Assembly: GCA_032718475.1 (NCBI GenBank)
Contig: JAUCBJ010001576.1
Coordinates: 3,578-67,577, forward strand
Length of the DNA: 64,000 nt
Direction: 5' to 3'
Source: Nemertoderma westbladi
Taxonomy: Eukaryota; Animalia; Xenacoelomorpha
Part shown: piece by piece, positions 24,201 to 38,271 of the stretch
How positions within the stretch are numbered: the stretch's first letter is position 1
Layout: each line of letters opens with the position of its first letter
Notes under the pieces: generated by a model
What the model was told of the DNA's origin: nothing
Seen by the model: only the letters and a program-made list of their open reading frames with translations
Database searches by the model: none
Position numbers and translations under genes: made by a program

Positions 24201-27200
24201 GTGCTACTTGGGTAACTCCAGATGGATATCAGACACGCCTTACTTAGAGTGGTGCTACTTGGGTAACTCCAGATGGATATCAGACACGCCTTACTTAGAG
24301 TGGTGCTACTTGGGTAACTACAGATGGATATCAGACACGCCTTACTTAGAGTGGTGCTACTTGGGTAACTCCAGATGGATATCAGACACGCCTTACTTAG
24401 AGTGGTGCTACTTGGGTAACTACAGATGGATATCAGACACGCCTTACTTAGAGTGGTGCTACTTGGGTAACTACAGATGGATATCAGACACGCCTTACTT
24501 AGAGTGGTGCTACTTGGGTAACTCCAGATGGATATCAGACACGCCTTACTTAGAGTGGTGCTACTTGGGTAACTACAGATGGATATCAGACACGCCTTAC
24601 TTAGAGTGGTGCTACTTGGGTAACTACAGATGGATATCAGACACGCCTTACTTAGAGTGGTGCTACTTGGGTAACTACAGATGGATATCAGACACGCCTT
24701 ACTTAGAGTGGTGCTACTTGGGTAACTCCAGATGGATATCAGACACGCCTTACTTAGAGTGGTGCTACTTGGGTAACTCCAGATGGATATCAGACACGCC
24801 TTACTTAGAGTGGTGCTACTTGGGTAACTACAGATGGATATCAGACACGCCTTACTTAGAGTGGTGCTACTTGGGTAACTACAGATGGATATCAGACACG
24901 CCTTACTTAGAGTGGTGCTACTTGGGTAACTACAGATGGATATCAGACACGCCTTACTTAGAGTGGTGCTACTTGGGTAACTCCAGATGGATATCAGACA
25001 CGCCTTACTTAGAGTGGTGCTACTTGGGTAACTCCAGATGGATATCAGACACGCCTTACTTAGAGTGGTGCTACTTGGGTAACTACAGATGGATATCAGA
25101 CACGCCTTACTTAGAGTGGTGCTACTTGGGTAACTACAGATGGATATCAGACACGCCTTACTTAGAGTGGTGCTACTTGGGTAACTACAGATGGATATCA
25201 GACACGCCTTACTTAGAGTGGTGCTACTTGGGTAACTACAGATGGATATCAGACACGCCTTACTTAGAGTGGTGCTACTTGGGTAACTCCAGATGGATAT
25301 CAGACACGCCTTACTTAGAGTGGTGCTACTTGGGTAACTACAGATGGATATCAGACACGCCTTACTTAGAGTGGTGCTACTTGGGTAACTACAGATGGAT
25401 ATCAGACACGCCTTACTTAGAGTGGTGCTACTTGGGTAACTACAGATGGATATCAGACACGCCTTACTTAGAGTGGTGCTACTTGGGTAACTCCAGATGG
25501 ATATCAGACACGCCTTACTTAGAGTGGTGCTACTTGGGTAACTCCAGATGGATATCAGACACGCCTTACTTAGAGTGGTGCTACTTGGGTAACTACAGAT
25601 GGATATCAGACACGCCTTACTTAGAGTGGTGCTACTTGGGTAACTCCAGATGGATATCAGACACGCCTTACTTAGAGTGGTGCTACTTGGGTATCTACAG
25701 ATGGATATCAGACACGCCTTACTTAGAGTAGTGCTACTTGGGTAACTACAGATGGATATCAGACACGCCTTACTTAGAGTGGTGCTACTTGGGTAACTCC
25801 AGATGGATATCAGACACGCCTTACTTAGAGTGGTGCTACTTGGGTAACTACAGATGGATATCAGACACGCCTTACTTAGAGTGGTGCTACTTGGGTAACT
25901 ACAGATGGATATCAGACACGTCTTACTTAGAGTGGTGCTACTTGGGTAACTACAGATGGATATCAGACACGCCTTACTTAGAGTGGTGCTACTTGGGTAA
26001 CTCCAGATGGATATCAGACACGCCTTACTTAGAGTGGTGCTACTTGGGTATCTACAGATGGATATCAGACACGCCTTACTTAGAGTAGTGCTACTTGGGT
26101 AACTACAGATGGATATCAGACACGCCTTACTTAGAGTGGTGCTACTTGGGTAACTCCAGATGGATATCAGACACGCCTTACTTAGAGTGGTGCTACTTGG
26201 GTATCTACAGATGGATATCAGACACGCCTTACTTAGAGTGGGGCTACTTGGATAACTACAGATGGATATCAGACACGCCTTACTTAGAGTGGTGCTACTT
26301 GGGTAACTACAGATGGATATCAGACACGCCTTACTTAGAGTGGTGCTACTTGGGTAACTACAGATGGATATCAGACACGCCTTACTTAGAGTGGTGCTAC
26401 TTGGGTAACTACAGATGGATATCAGACACGCCTTACTTAGAGTGGTGCTACTTGGGTAACTACAGATGGATATCAGACACGCCTTACTTAGAGAGGTGCT
26501 ACTTGGGTAACTTCAGATGGATATCAGACACGCCTTACTTAGAGTGGTGCTACTTGGGTAACTACAGATGGATATCAGACACGCCTTACTTAGAGTGGTG
26601 CTACTTGGGTAACTACAGATGGATATCAGACACGCCTTACTTAGAGTGGTGCTACTTGGGTAACTACAGATGGAAATCAGACACGCCTTACTTAGAGTGG
26701 GGCTACTTGGGTAACTCCAGATGGATATCAGACCCGCCTTACTTAGAGTGGTGCTACTTGGGTAACTCCAGATGGATATCAGACACGCCTTACTTAGAGT
26801 GGTGCTACTTGGGGAACTCCAGATGGATATCAGACACGCCTTACTTAGAGTGGTGCTACTTGGGTATCTACAGATGGATATCAGACACGCCTTACTTAGA
26901 GTGGTGCTACTTGGGTAACTACAGATGGATATCAGACACGCCTTACTTAGAGTGGTGCTACTTGGGTAACTACAGATGGATATCAGACACGCCTTACTTA
27001 GAGTGGTGCTACTTGGGTAACTACAGATGGAAATCAGACACGCCTTACTTAGAGTGGGGCTACTTGGGTAACTCCAGATGGATATCAGACCCGCCTTACT
27101 TAGAGTGGTGCTACTTGGGTAACTCCAGATGGATATCAGACACGCCTTACTTAGAGTGGTGCTACTTGGGTAACTACAGATGGATATCAGACACGCCTTA

Positions 27201-28682
27201 CTTAGAGTGGGGCTACTTGGGTAACTCCAGATGGATATCAGACCCGCCTTACTTAGAGTGGTGCTACTTGGGTAACTCCAGATGGATATCAGACACGCCT
27301 TACTTAGAGTGGTGCTACTTGGGTAACTACAGATGGAAATCAGACACGCCTTACTTAGAGTGGGGCTACTTGGGTAACTCCAGATGGATATCAGACCCGC
27401 CTTACTTAGAGTGGTGCTACTTGGGTAACTCCAGATGGATATCAGACACGCCTTACTTAGAGTGGTGCTACTTGGGTAACTCCAGATGGATATCAGACAC
27501 GCCTTACTTAGAGTGGTGCTACTTGGGTAACTACAGATGGAAATCAGACACGCCTTACTTAGAGTGGGGCTACTTGGGTAACTCCAGATGGATATCAGAC
27601 CCGCCTTACTTAGAGTGGTGCTACTTGGGTAACTCCAGATGGATATCAGACACGCCTTACTTAGAGTAGTGCTACTTGGGTAACTCCAGATGGATATCAG
27701 ACACGCCTTACTTAGAGTGGTGCTACTTGGGTAACTACAGATGGAAATCAGACACGCCTTACTTAGAGTGGGGCTACTTGGGTAACTCCAGATGGATATC
27801 AGACCCGCCTTACTTAGAGTGGTGCTACTTGGGTAACTCCAGATGGATATCAGACACGCCTTACTTAGAGTGGTGCTACTTGGGTAACTACAGATGGATA
27901 TCAGACACGCCTTACTTAGAGTGGGGCTACTTGGGTAACTCCAGATGGATATCAGACCCGCCTTACTTAGAGTGGTGCTACTTGGGTAACTCCAGATGGA
28001 TATCAGACACGCCTTACTTAGAGTAGTGCTACTGGGTAACTACAGATGGATATCAGACACGCCTTACTTAGAGTGGTGCTACTTGGGTAACTCCAGATGG
28101 ATATCAGACACGCCTTACTTAGAGTAGTGCTACTGGGTAACTACAGATGGATATCAGACACGCCTTACTTAGAGTGGTGCTACTGGGTAACTACAGATGG
28201 ATATCAGACACGCCTTACTTAGAGTGGTGCTACTTGGGTAACTACAGATGGATATCAGACACGCCTTACTTAGAGTGGTGCTACTTGGGTAACTACAGAT
28301 GGATATCAGACACGTCTTACTTAGAGTGGTGCTACTTGGGTAACTACAGATGGATATCAGACACGCCTTACTTAGAGTGGTGCTACTTGGGTAACTACAG
28401 ATGGATATCAGACACGCCTTACTTAGAGTGGTGCTACTTGGGTAACTACAGATGGATATCAGACACGCCTTACTTAGAGTGGTGCTACTTGGGTAACTAC
28501 AGATGGATATCAGACACGCCTTACTTAGAGTGGTGCTACTTGGGTAACTACAGATGGATATCAGACACGCCTTACTTAGAGTGGTGCTACTTGGGTAACT
28601 ACAGATGGATATCAGACACGCCTTACTTAGAGTGGGGCTACTTGGGTAACTACAGATGGATATCAGACACGCCTTACTTAGA
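21203..28682. repeat. 51-bp satellite, left arm (about 147 units), in KIF3B intron 6
   Basis: Unit gggtaact(c/a)cagatggatatcagacacgccttacttagagtggtgctactt. Confidence 0.98.
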
Positions 28683-31600
28683 GGGTAGGTGTAAAACGCG
28701 GATCCGGATCCGGATTCAGGATCCGGATACGGATTCAGGATCCGGATACGGATCAGGACCCGGATTTGCGAGTGTAAAAGGCGGATCCGGATTTACATAC
28801 AATCCGTAACTGAGTGTAATATGCGGATTCTGAAATACGCAATCCGTATTGCAGTGTAAAACGCGGATTCATATATTTTGTGAATCCGGAATGGAGTGTA
28901 AAATACGGATTTACGTTAATTACCAAGTTTTAATGGATCCGGAATGGAGTGTAAAACACGGATTTACGTTTAATTACCAAGTTTTGTTAGATCCGGAATG
29001 GAGTGTAAAACACGGATTTTCGTTAATTACCAAGTTTTGTTGGATCCGGAATGGAGTGTAAAACACGGATTTTCGTAATTACCAAGTTTTGTTGGATCCG
29101 GAATGGAGTGTAAAACACGGATTTTCGTGAATTACCAAGTTTTGTTGGATCCGGAATGGAGTGTAAAACACGGATTTTCGTTAATTACCAAGTTTTAATG
29201 GATCCGGAAAGGGGTGTAAAACGCGGATTCAATTTATTTACCAAGTGTTACTAGATCCGGGAAGGGGTGTAAAACGCGGATTGATTCAGGTTAATTACAA
29301 AGTGTTACTGGATCCGGGAAGGGGTGTAAAATGCGGATTTACGTTAATTACTGAGTTTGTTAATGAGGGACACAACTATTAATGAGGGACACACATTAAT
29401 GAGGGACACAAACATTAATGGGGGACACCTTAATAGTTAATAGACACCTTAATAATTTGTCTATGTCTAGGGGCCACACATAAGCTTAATCCGGCTCTGG
29501 GGGACACCTTAATAGGGGTCAATGCTTCCCAATGAATTATTAATAAGGGCGATGGTGATGTTTGGCCGTCAGACATTATTAGATATTGATTAGCTGAAAA
29601 ACTATACTACCGTGGGAACGTGACCTCTCTGGTAGAGCGGCTCTGTAGACAATTGTATGGTAGGATTACTGTACTGTTCCCTGATTGGCTTATCCATCCC
29701 AACCTCCCTTACAAACAAGAATCACTGTTCAGCCTAGCTGGCGGTAGTTTGTACTGCATCATAGCGTCTTCTATTTGGTTAAGGCCTTGCAAGCGTGCTG
29801 CCTTCCTAATTTATGGAGGTTGAACTGTTCAGTTCAGTATAATTTCTTATTTAATTTCATATTAAACATGGATGACAGTGATGACTTTGTAAAGGTTCCA
29901 TTTACGGGATTCGTTATTCCGAGTCCAACCAATGATACAGCCATTGTTGAGCCGCTTGAACTCACTACCCAAACATCGTGCACCCCGAGCCCGGAGAAGA
30001 AAAAACCAGGAAAGTCAGCAAGCCAAGAAAAGTTACTAAAGAACAATAAACATTGCACTAATTAATAATTGTAACGAGAGAAAGCCGCCCCAATATTAGA
30101 TTATTACAACAACATATCCATTGGGTAAGAAAGTGGAGGAGAGCCAGCCCGTCTCTTAATTTTTTACTTTATATTACGCGATCAATTTTCACTCATCTCG
30201 TCATGAACCCAACATGTATGTAACCTTTTGTTAAATTTGTTGGCTATGCGTTTGCGGTTGTTTGGGCGGAGTGTGGTAGGCCTACACTTTTCACACTTAA
30301 ATATTTTGGTTGTGAAATGTTACCGGGCATAGCTATCTGAGATATTTCATTTATATTTTATTATGAGAGGAAGAAGAACATACAACGTTATTTACTATAT
30401 ATGTAACAAAATAATTGTTTTCGGGTTTAACTTGGAAGCCTCCCCAAATAGTTGATATACAATTATATTTAAAATTATTTCCATGGTCATGGTCATTCAC
30501 CCGTCTTTAGTTAGAAATTAGTTTGCATGAAAGACAGTTTAGTTTAGTTTTTACTGATTTATTATCTCTTATCTGACTGGGGTAATAATAAAGGATAGTA
30601 TAAATGGAAGCAAAGTGTGACAGTAACAAATATTTCCCCGTCACCCTAGCATGTCTTAAGTATATGATATATCCAAGGGGGAAGTTTGGATTCACTGCAT
30701 AAATGCAGTTCACCAAACTTCCCCCGAATGCACACTGTAACTTCCCCCTTCCCACAAATATCCACTGTTGAATTAATTTGAAGCGATATAATAAGTACAA
30801 AATTGTGCGAGTTTTTAATTGTGTGGTCCAATTGTTATTTGATTTCTATTTATTATTTAAAGTGCATTTAATATCACACTGGTTTTTAGAATATTATACT
30901 ATACAACCTTATGTTTTATTAATTTACCCAATCGAAGCCTCATAAGGGCCGGTTATTTGTACGCATATCCCCTAATGCGCTCAGTAAGGTTCAAACAACA
31001 TATTAATATGAAAATAAAGTATCTGCAAAGAAAAGAACCCAATACTATATAATTTGACCTTATTAAAAAATTTGCACTTTTGCACACTTATTTGTACAAG
31101 TGCACTTTAGCAGATCGTAATGGTGGCTCTTTATTTAACAAACTTATGTTTATCCTCTACCGATCTACGATGGTGTATGATCAAGTGTCAGTCGCTAAAA
31201 GTGTCAAAAATCCAATTTAATAAATCTGGATTTGCGATTTTGGACCATATTCATGGACATTTTTAAGTCACTTTATAGACATAAAAAGTTAAACAAATGT
31301 TACGATTATAGTTAGAAATCATTCCAAACTACATTTTAATCCAAAAAATAACATTCTACGATGAATAGAACTGGAAATAACAGTGTTTGAAATATCGAAA
31401 AAATGTTCACTATTTAAGTGCATTTTGCACTAAGTGCACATAAGTCTTTTCCCAAGTTTTATCCTATTTCACACACTACAATCTATCCTCTATCCAATGA
31501 AAATAGTTTCAGATTAAACGGCCCTGTAGAACCGAAGTTATTTATGTTTAAAAATAGTCACTCGAAAATTTCAAATTCTCTTGGTCACATAGTCTAGTGG

Positions 31601-33927
31601 TTATCAATCACGTTAATGAAACCTAAGTTCGCGGGTTCGAAATCCAATATTGACCTGACCATTCTTAATTTTTTTGCAAAAAAAAATATTTTTATTTTTT
31701 CATTAACTTCGGTTCTAGTGGTCCAAATTCAATAAAATTGGTATATTCTTTGCCGTAATTTTTTTCTTAATCTTTTGAGAAGGGGTTATTTTTGGCCCCA
31801 AAAAAATTAAAAAAAAGGGCCAAAATAACGCGATTTTTTTCGACCCTTAAAATTCGTAATTTTAATTATATATGTTAAGATAAAAGATAGCGGAGTTAAT
31901 TTGATACTTTTTACAGGTACTTTTTGCGCAATACGCTAAATGATAATAGAATAGCGATTTGTTAAAAAAAAAAATTTTTCGTCCCTTTTTATAAATATTA
32001 TATTTCACACGATCGCCTGCCGCTCCAGTTTTATAATACCTCCGGCGCTGTGATTAACGCTGTTAGATAGATAATTTAACGCACTATAAGTCTGTGTAAA
32101 CAAATCTCCCGTAAGTTAAGTAGTTTTCGAGCTAGACGATTTCCCGCGAAGCAAGTTTGAAGCGCGAAATTATAATTTTGGCCCTCATTTTTTTAATATC
32201 ATCCTTGGAGCAAAACCGATAGCATATTTGAATTCCCCGTATGGATATTTACTGTATAGAATGTACCTTAACCAACTAAAGTTAAAAATAAAAAATTATT
32301 CGATAAAAACTACTTTACAAATTCTGGCCCTTTTTGGCCCCTATTGGCGACATATTTTTTGTACCCCCATTCGATAGGAACGTAGCCCCAATGGTCTTCT
32401 ACGAGTTTCATAAAAGAATTAGTGGATTCCTACCCGCGTTGTCGAATTAAACATTTCGGAAATAAGTTTTCTAAAAAAGACGGACAAAAACGTACAAATT
32501 TACGGCCCCTTTTTCCACCCGAAATTTTAATAAATATCTTACCCCCATTCGATACGAAGGTAGTACCACTCTTCCCCTTTCCAACCGCGTTACTTTCGTC
32601 CCCGTACGATTAATATTAGCCGAGTTATAGCGGATCCCGCAAAGTCATTTTGTCCGTTTTTTCAACTTTGACGGATATTTTCGGAAAAAAGGCGTGGTAA
32701 TCTTTTTTGAAAAAAAAAACGAATTCACTAATTAATCCCTTCTATCGTATCCCGGCGTCGGCTAAGCAATAACCTAGGGTTTTTTCGAGCCACTGTAGAG
32801 CGCCTTTCAAAAAAATTTTAAAATTGTCGAAAAAATGACGGATTTTTGTCCGCCGTGTCCGTCGAAGGGTTAGATTTAATAATGTTAGAGTTGCTAATAT
32901 CTTAGAATTCCGAGCCGCTCCCCTGGTGAGAAAATAAAAAAAATTGGTCTGTTCCTTCATCGAAAAGTCCCCCAGAATCCCAAGTTAACCTATATAGTTA
33001 GCGATGGCCTGCGGCTTTAGGAGCGGCCGCGGTATTCACCTCCCTCATAGCGGCCGCGGCGGTGTTGCGTCAAATGGAGAAATATTTATCCCACCTAGAT
33101 GAGGGTCTGGGTCTTTATTGCATATGCGTTTTATAAATTGTTCATTAAAACTTACTAATTAACTTGAATCCGCGTCTTACACCCCTTCCCGGATCCAATA
33201 AAACTTGGTAATTAACATAAATCCGTGTTTTACACTCCGTTCCGGATCCAATAAAACTTGGTAATTAACGTAAATCGGTGTTTTACACTCCATTCCGGAT
33301 CCAATAAAACTTGGTAATTAACGTAAATCCGTGTTTTACACTCCATTCCGGATTCAATAAAACTTGGTAATTAACGTATATCCGTGTTTTACACTCCATT
33401 CCGGATTCAATAAAACTTGATAATTAACGTAAATCCGTGTTTTACACTCCATTCCGGATCCAATAAAACTTAGTAATTAACGTAAATCCGCGTTTTACAC
33501 CCCTTCCCGGATCCAATAAAACTTGGTAATTAACTAGAATCCGCGTTTTACACCCCTTCCCGGATCCAATAAAACATGGTAATTAACTTGAATCCGCGTT
33601 TTACACCCCTTCCCGGATTTAATAAAACTTTGTAATAAACCTGAATCCGTATTTTACACCCAATCCCGGATTCAGTAGAAAAATGAATCCGCGTTTTACA
33701 CTCCGTTCAGGATTTAGCCTAAAACATGAATCCGCGCTTTACACTCCGTTCCGGATCTGAAAAAAAGGCCAATCCGCATTTTACACTCGGTTACGGATTC
33801 GGTAAATTTAGCAGTGCACGGATCCGCAGATTACACCCTAAAAATGTAAATTCAGTCGACTTCCATAGGGACAATGTTAAATGATAGAATCCGGATCCTG
33901 ATCCGGATCCGCGTTTTACTCTGACCC
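28683..33927. mobile_element. Foldback/MULE-like non-autonomous DNA transposon (5245 bp) with modular long TIRs and a 9-bp TSD
   Basis: Termini GGGTAGGTGTAAAACGCGGATCCGGATC and (reverse complement) GGGTCAGAGTAAAACGCGGATCCGGATC. Arms of about 53-bp subrepeats in inverted orientation (about 28683-29360 and 33150-33927). TSD TTACTTAGA at 28674-28682 and 33928-33936. Confidence 0.9.
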
Positions 33928-36900
33928 TTACTTAGAGTGGTGCTACTTGGGTAACTACAGATGGATATCAGACCCGCCTTACTTAGAGTGGTGCTACTTG
34001 GGTAACTACAGATGGATATCAGACACGCCTTACTTAGAGTGGTGCTACTTGGGTAACTCCAGATGGATATCAGACCCGCCTTACTTAGAGTGGTGCTACT
34101 TGGGTAACTCCAGATGGATATCAGACACGCCTTACTTAGAGTGGTGCTACTTGGGTAACTCCAGATGGATATCAGACCCGCCTTACTTAGAGTGGTGCTA
34201 CTTGGGTAACTTCAGATGGATATCAGACACGCCTTACTTAGAGTGGTGCTACTTGGGTAACTACAGATGGATATCAGACACGCCTTACTTAGAGTGGTGC
34301 TACTTGGGTAACTCCAGATGGATATCAGACACGCCTTACTTAGAGTGGGGCTACTTGGGTAACTACAGATGGATATCAGACACGCCTTACTTAGAGTGGT
34401 GCTACTTGGGTAACTCCAGATGGATATCAGACCCGCCTTACTTAGAGTGGTGCTACTTGGGTAACTCCAGATGGATATCAGACCCGCCTTACTTAGAGTG
34501 GTGCTACTTGGGTAACTTCAGATGGATATCAGACACGCCTTACTTAGAGTGGTGCTACTTGGGTAACTCCAGATGGATATCAGACACGCCTTACTTAGAG
34601 TGGGGCTACTTGGGTAACTACAGATGGATATCAGACACGCCTTACTTAGAGTGGTGCTACTTGGGTAACTCCAGATGGATATCAGACACGCCTTACTTAG
34701 AGTGGGGCTACTTGGGTAACTACAGATGGATATCAGACACGCCTTACTTAGAGTGGTGCTACTTGGGTAACTACAGATGGATATCAGACCCGCCTTACTT
34801 AGAGTGGTGCTACTTGGGTAACTACAGATGGATATCAGACCCGCCTTACTTAGAGTGGTGCTACTTGGGTAACTACAGATGGATATCAGACACGCCTTAC
34901 TTAGAGTGGTGCTACTTGGGGAACTACAGATGGATATCAGACCCGCCTTACTTAGAGTGGTGCTACTTGGGTAACTACAGATGGATATCAGACACGCCTT
35001 ACTTAGAGTGGTGCTACTTGGGTAACTTCAGATGGATATCAGACACGCCTTACTTAGAGTGGTGCTACTTGGGTAACTACAGATGGATATCAGACACGCC
35101 TTACTTAGAGTGGTGCTACTTGGGTAACTCCAGATGGATATCAGACCCGCCTTACTTAGAGTGGTGCTACTTGGGTAACTACAGATGGATATCAGACACG
35201 CCTTACTTAGAGTGGTGCTACTTGGGTAACTCCAGATGGATATCAGACCCGCCTTACTTAGAGTGGTGCTACTTGGGTAACTACAGATGGATATCAGACC
35301 CGCCTTACTTAGAGTGGTGCTACTTGGGTAACTCCAGATGGATATCAGACCCGCCTTACTTAGAGTGGTGCTACTTGGGTAACTACAGATGGATATCAGA
35401 CACGCCTTACTTAGAGTGGTGCTACTTGGGTAACTCCAGATGGATATCAGACCCGCCTTACTTAGAGTGGTGCTACTTGGGTAACTACAGATGGATATCA
35501 GACACGCCTTACTTAGAGTGGGGCTACTTGGGTAACTACAGATGGATATCAGACACGTCTTACTTAGAGTGGTGCTACTTGGGGAACTACAGATGGATAT
35601 CAGACCCGCCTTACTTAGAGTGGTGCTACTTGGGTAACTACAGATGGATATCAGACACGCCTTACTTAGAGTGGTGCTACTTGGGTAACTTCAGATGGAT
35701 ATCAGACACGCCTTACTTAGAGTGGTGCTACTTGGGTAACTACAGATGGATATCAGACACGCCTTACTTAGAGTGGTGCTACTTGGGTAACTCCAGATGG
35801 ATATCAGACCCGCCTTACTTAGAGTGGTGCTACTTGGGTAACTACAGATGGATATCAGACACGCCTTACTTAGAGTGGTGCTACTTGGGTAACTCCAGAT
35901 GGATATCAGACCCGCCTTACTTAGAGTGGTGCTACTTGGGTAACTACAGATGGATATCAGACACGCCTTACTTAGAGTGGTGCTACTTGGGTAACTCCAG
36001 ATGGATATCAGACACGCCTTACTTAGAGTGGTGCTACTTGGGTAACTCCAGATGGATATCAGACACGCCTTACTTAGAGTGGTGCTACTTGGGTAACTCC
36101 AGATGGATATCAGACACGCCTTACTTAGAGTGGGGCTACTTGGGTAACTACAGATGGATATCAGACACGTCTTACTTAGAGTGGTGCTACTTGGGTAACT
36201 ACAGATGGATATCAGACCCGCCTTACTTAGAGTGGTGCTACTTGGGTAACTACAGATGGATATCAGACCCGCCTTACTTAGAGTGGTGCTACTTGGGTAA
36301 CTACAGATGGATATCAGACACGCCTTACTTAGAGTGGTGCTACTTGGGTAACTACAGATGGATATCAGACACGCCTTACTTAGAGTGGTGCTACTTGGGT
36401 AACTCCAGATGGATATCAGACACGCCTTACTTAGAGTGGGGCTACTTGGGTAACTACAGATGGATATCAGACACGCCTTACTTAGAGTGGTGCTACTTGG
36501 GTAACTACAGATGGATATCAGACACGCCTTACTTAGAGTGGTGCTACTTGGGGAACTACAGATGGATATCAGACACGCCTTACTTAGAGAGGTGCTACTT
36601 GGGTAACTTCAGATGGATATCAGACACGCCTTACTTAGAGTGGTGCTACTTGGGTAACTCCAGATGGATATCAGACACGCCTTACTTAGAGTGGGGCTAC
36701 TTGGGTAACTACAGATGGATATCAGACCCGCCTTACTTAGAGTGGTGCTACTTGGGTAACTACAGATGGATATCAGACACGCCTTACTTAGAGTGGTGCT
36801 ACTTGGGTAACTACAGATGGATATCAGACACGCCTTACTTAGAGTGGTGCTACTTGGGTAACTACAGATGGATATCAGACACGCCTTACTTAGAGTGGTG

Positions 36901-37415
36901 CTACTTGGGTAACTACAGATGGATATCAGACACGCCTTACTTAGAGTGGTGCTACTTGGGTAACTACAGATGGATATCAGACACGCCTTACTTAGAGTGG
37001 TGCTACTTGGGTAACTACAGATGGATATCAGACACGCCTTACTTAGAGTGGTGCTACTTGGGTAACTCCAGATGGATATCAGACCCGCCTTACTTAGAGT
37101 GGTGCTACTTGGGTAACTTCAGATGGATATCAGACACGCCTTACTTAGAGTGGTGCTACTTGGGTAACTCCAGATGGATATCAGACACGCCTTACTTAGA
37201 GTGGGGCTACTTGGGTAACTACAGATGGATATCAGACACGCCTTACTTAGAGTGGTGCTACTTGGGTAACTACAAATGGATATCAGACACGCCTTACTTA
37301 GAGTGGTGCTACTTGGGGAACTCCAGATGGATATCAGACACGCCTTACTTAGTGGGGCTACTTGGATAACTACAGATGGATATCAGACACGCCTTACTTA
37401 GAGTGGGGCTACTTG
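33928..37415. repeat. 51-bp satellite, right arm (about 68 units)
   Basis: Same unit, resuming in register after the TSD. Confidence 0.98.
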
Positions 37416-37450
37416 ATATCGCAATCTCGAATTATGGGAGTTTGATTATG

Positions 37451-37497
37451 GTTGTTATGGTAACTTGCACTATTTCCGAGCTCATTACTATGGTAAC
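37451..37497. promoter_or_regulatory. Two RFX X-box consensus-like motifs
   Basis: GTTGTTATGGTAAC (37451-37464) and ATTACTATGGTAAC (37484-37497) fit RTHNYY-AT-RRNAAC. Function untested. Confidence 0.45.
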
Positions 37498-37598
37498 TAA
37501 AAACTAAACTAAACCAAATCAAACTAAACCCAATCAACAAAGGAATTAAGTACGATGACATCTTGCTGAAAATATGTGTAATTATGGTTGTGTTATAC

Positions 37599-37798
37599 CT
37601 TGAGCTTTTTATCCAAAGATTCTTGTTCCTGCCGCTTCTTTATCAATTCATTATGTTTTAATTCCAACTCATTTATAAGTCTTTCCTTCTCCCCCGCAAT
37701 CATCCCTTTGTCATTGAGGATAGATCGTTTCTCAAAGTCCAATGAATCCTGCTCCTTCTTTATAAAGGCTTCAACATCCTGATCTTGGTCGTAAACGT
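37599..37798 (-). CDS. KIF3B: KIF3B-like exon 6
   Basis: tag|AC...AAG|gtataa; phase 1 start, phase 0 end; coiled-coil residues (LNDKGMIAGEKERL). Confidence 0.88.
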
Positions 37799-37907
37799 CT
37801 AGAAATATAAATTGAAAACTTTATCATGTATCGTAGGCGGCATCCATCATCCATATATTGTGAAATAAGATTAACACAATATCTACAAATCAGAATCTCT
37901 CACTCAC

Positions 37908-38131
37908 CAGTTTCATCTTCTATACCATCACTATCATCAGTATCGCCCTCTTCACCAACACCAGTTCTCTTTCTCCTCTTCTTCCTCCCCCCAGTGCCTC
38001 CCCCTCCCCCTTTCGACATCAACTTATCCTTTAATCTTTTTATCTCCTCCTGGAATTCCCTCAGTAAGGCGTCCTTCGGATCTTCGTTAATTCTCGGTTT
38101 ATTCTGAATGTTCTTCGCGCGGTTTGCGTAC
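37908..38131 (-). CDS. KIF3B: KIF3B-like exon 5 (end of motor, neck)
   Basis: tag|G TAC...G|gtgagt; [30 protein letters not shown]. Confidence 0.93.
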
Positions 38132-38271
38132 CTAAGATGAACAAAAATAAATATTATCTTTTAAAACATTAGAATCAGAAAAGATAGTCAATAGAATATA
38201 ATAAAACCGTCAGAAATTATAATATCGGAAATACAAAACCTTAGTTGTTAAAAAAAAAGGTAAGGGCTCAC

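Noticed and set aside
21109-37369. Long ORFs of (GNSRWISDTPYLEWCYL)n
   Set aside because: They are translations of the 51-bp satellite, antisense within an intron and broken by stops, 1-bp deletions and a transposon.
38061-38074. 10-bp match (ACGCCTTACT) between exon 5 and the 51-bp satellite
   Set aside because: Opposite orientation and short enough to occur by chance.
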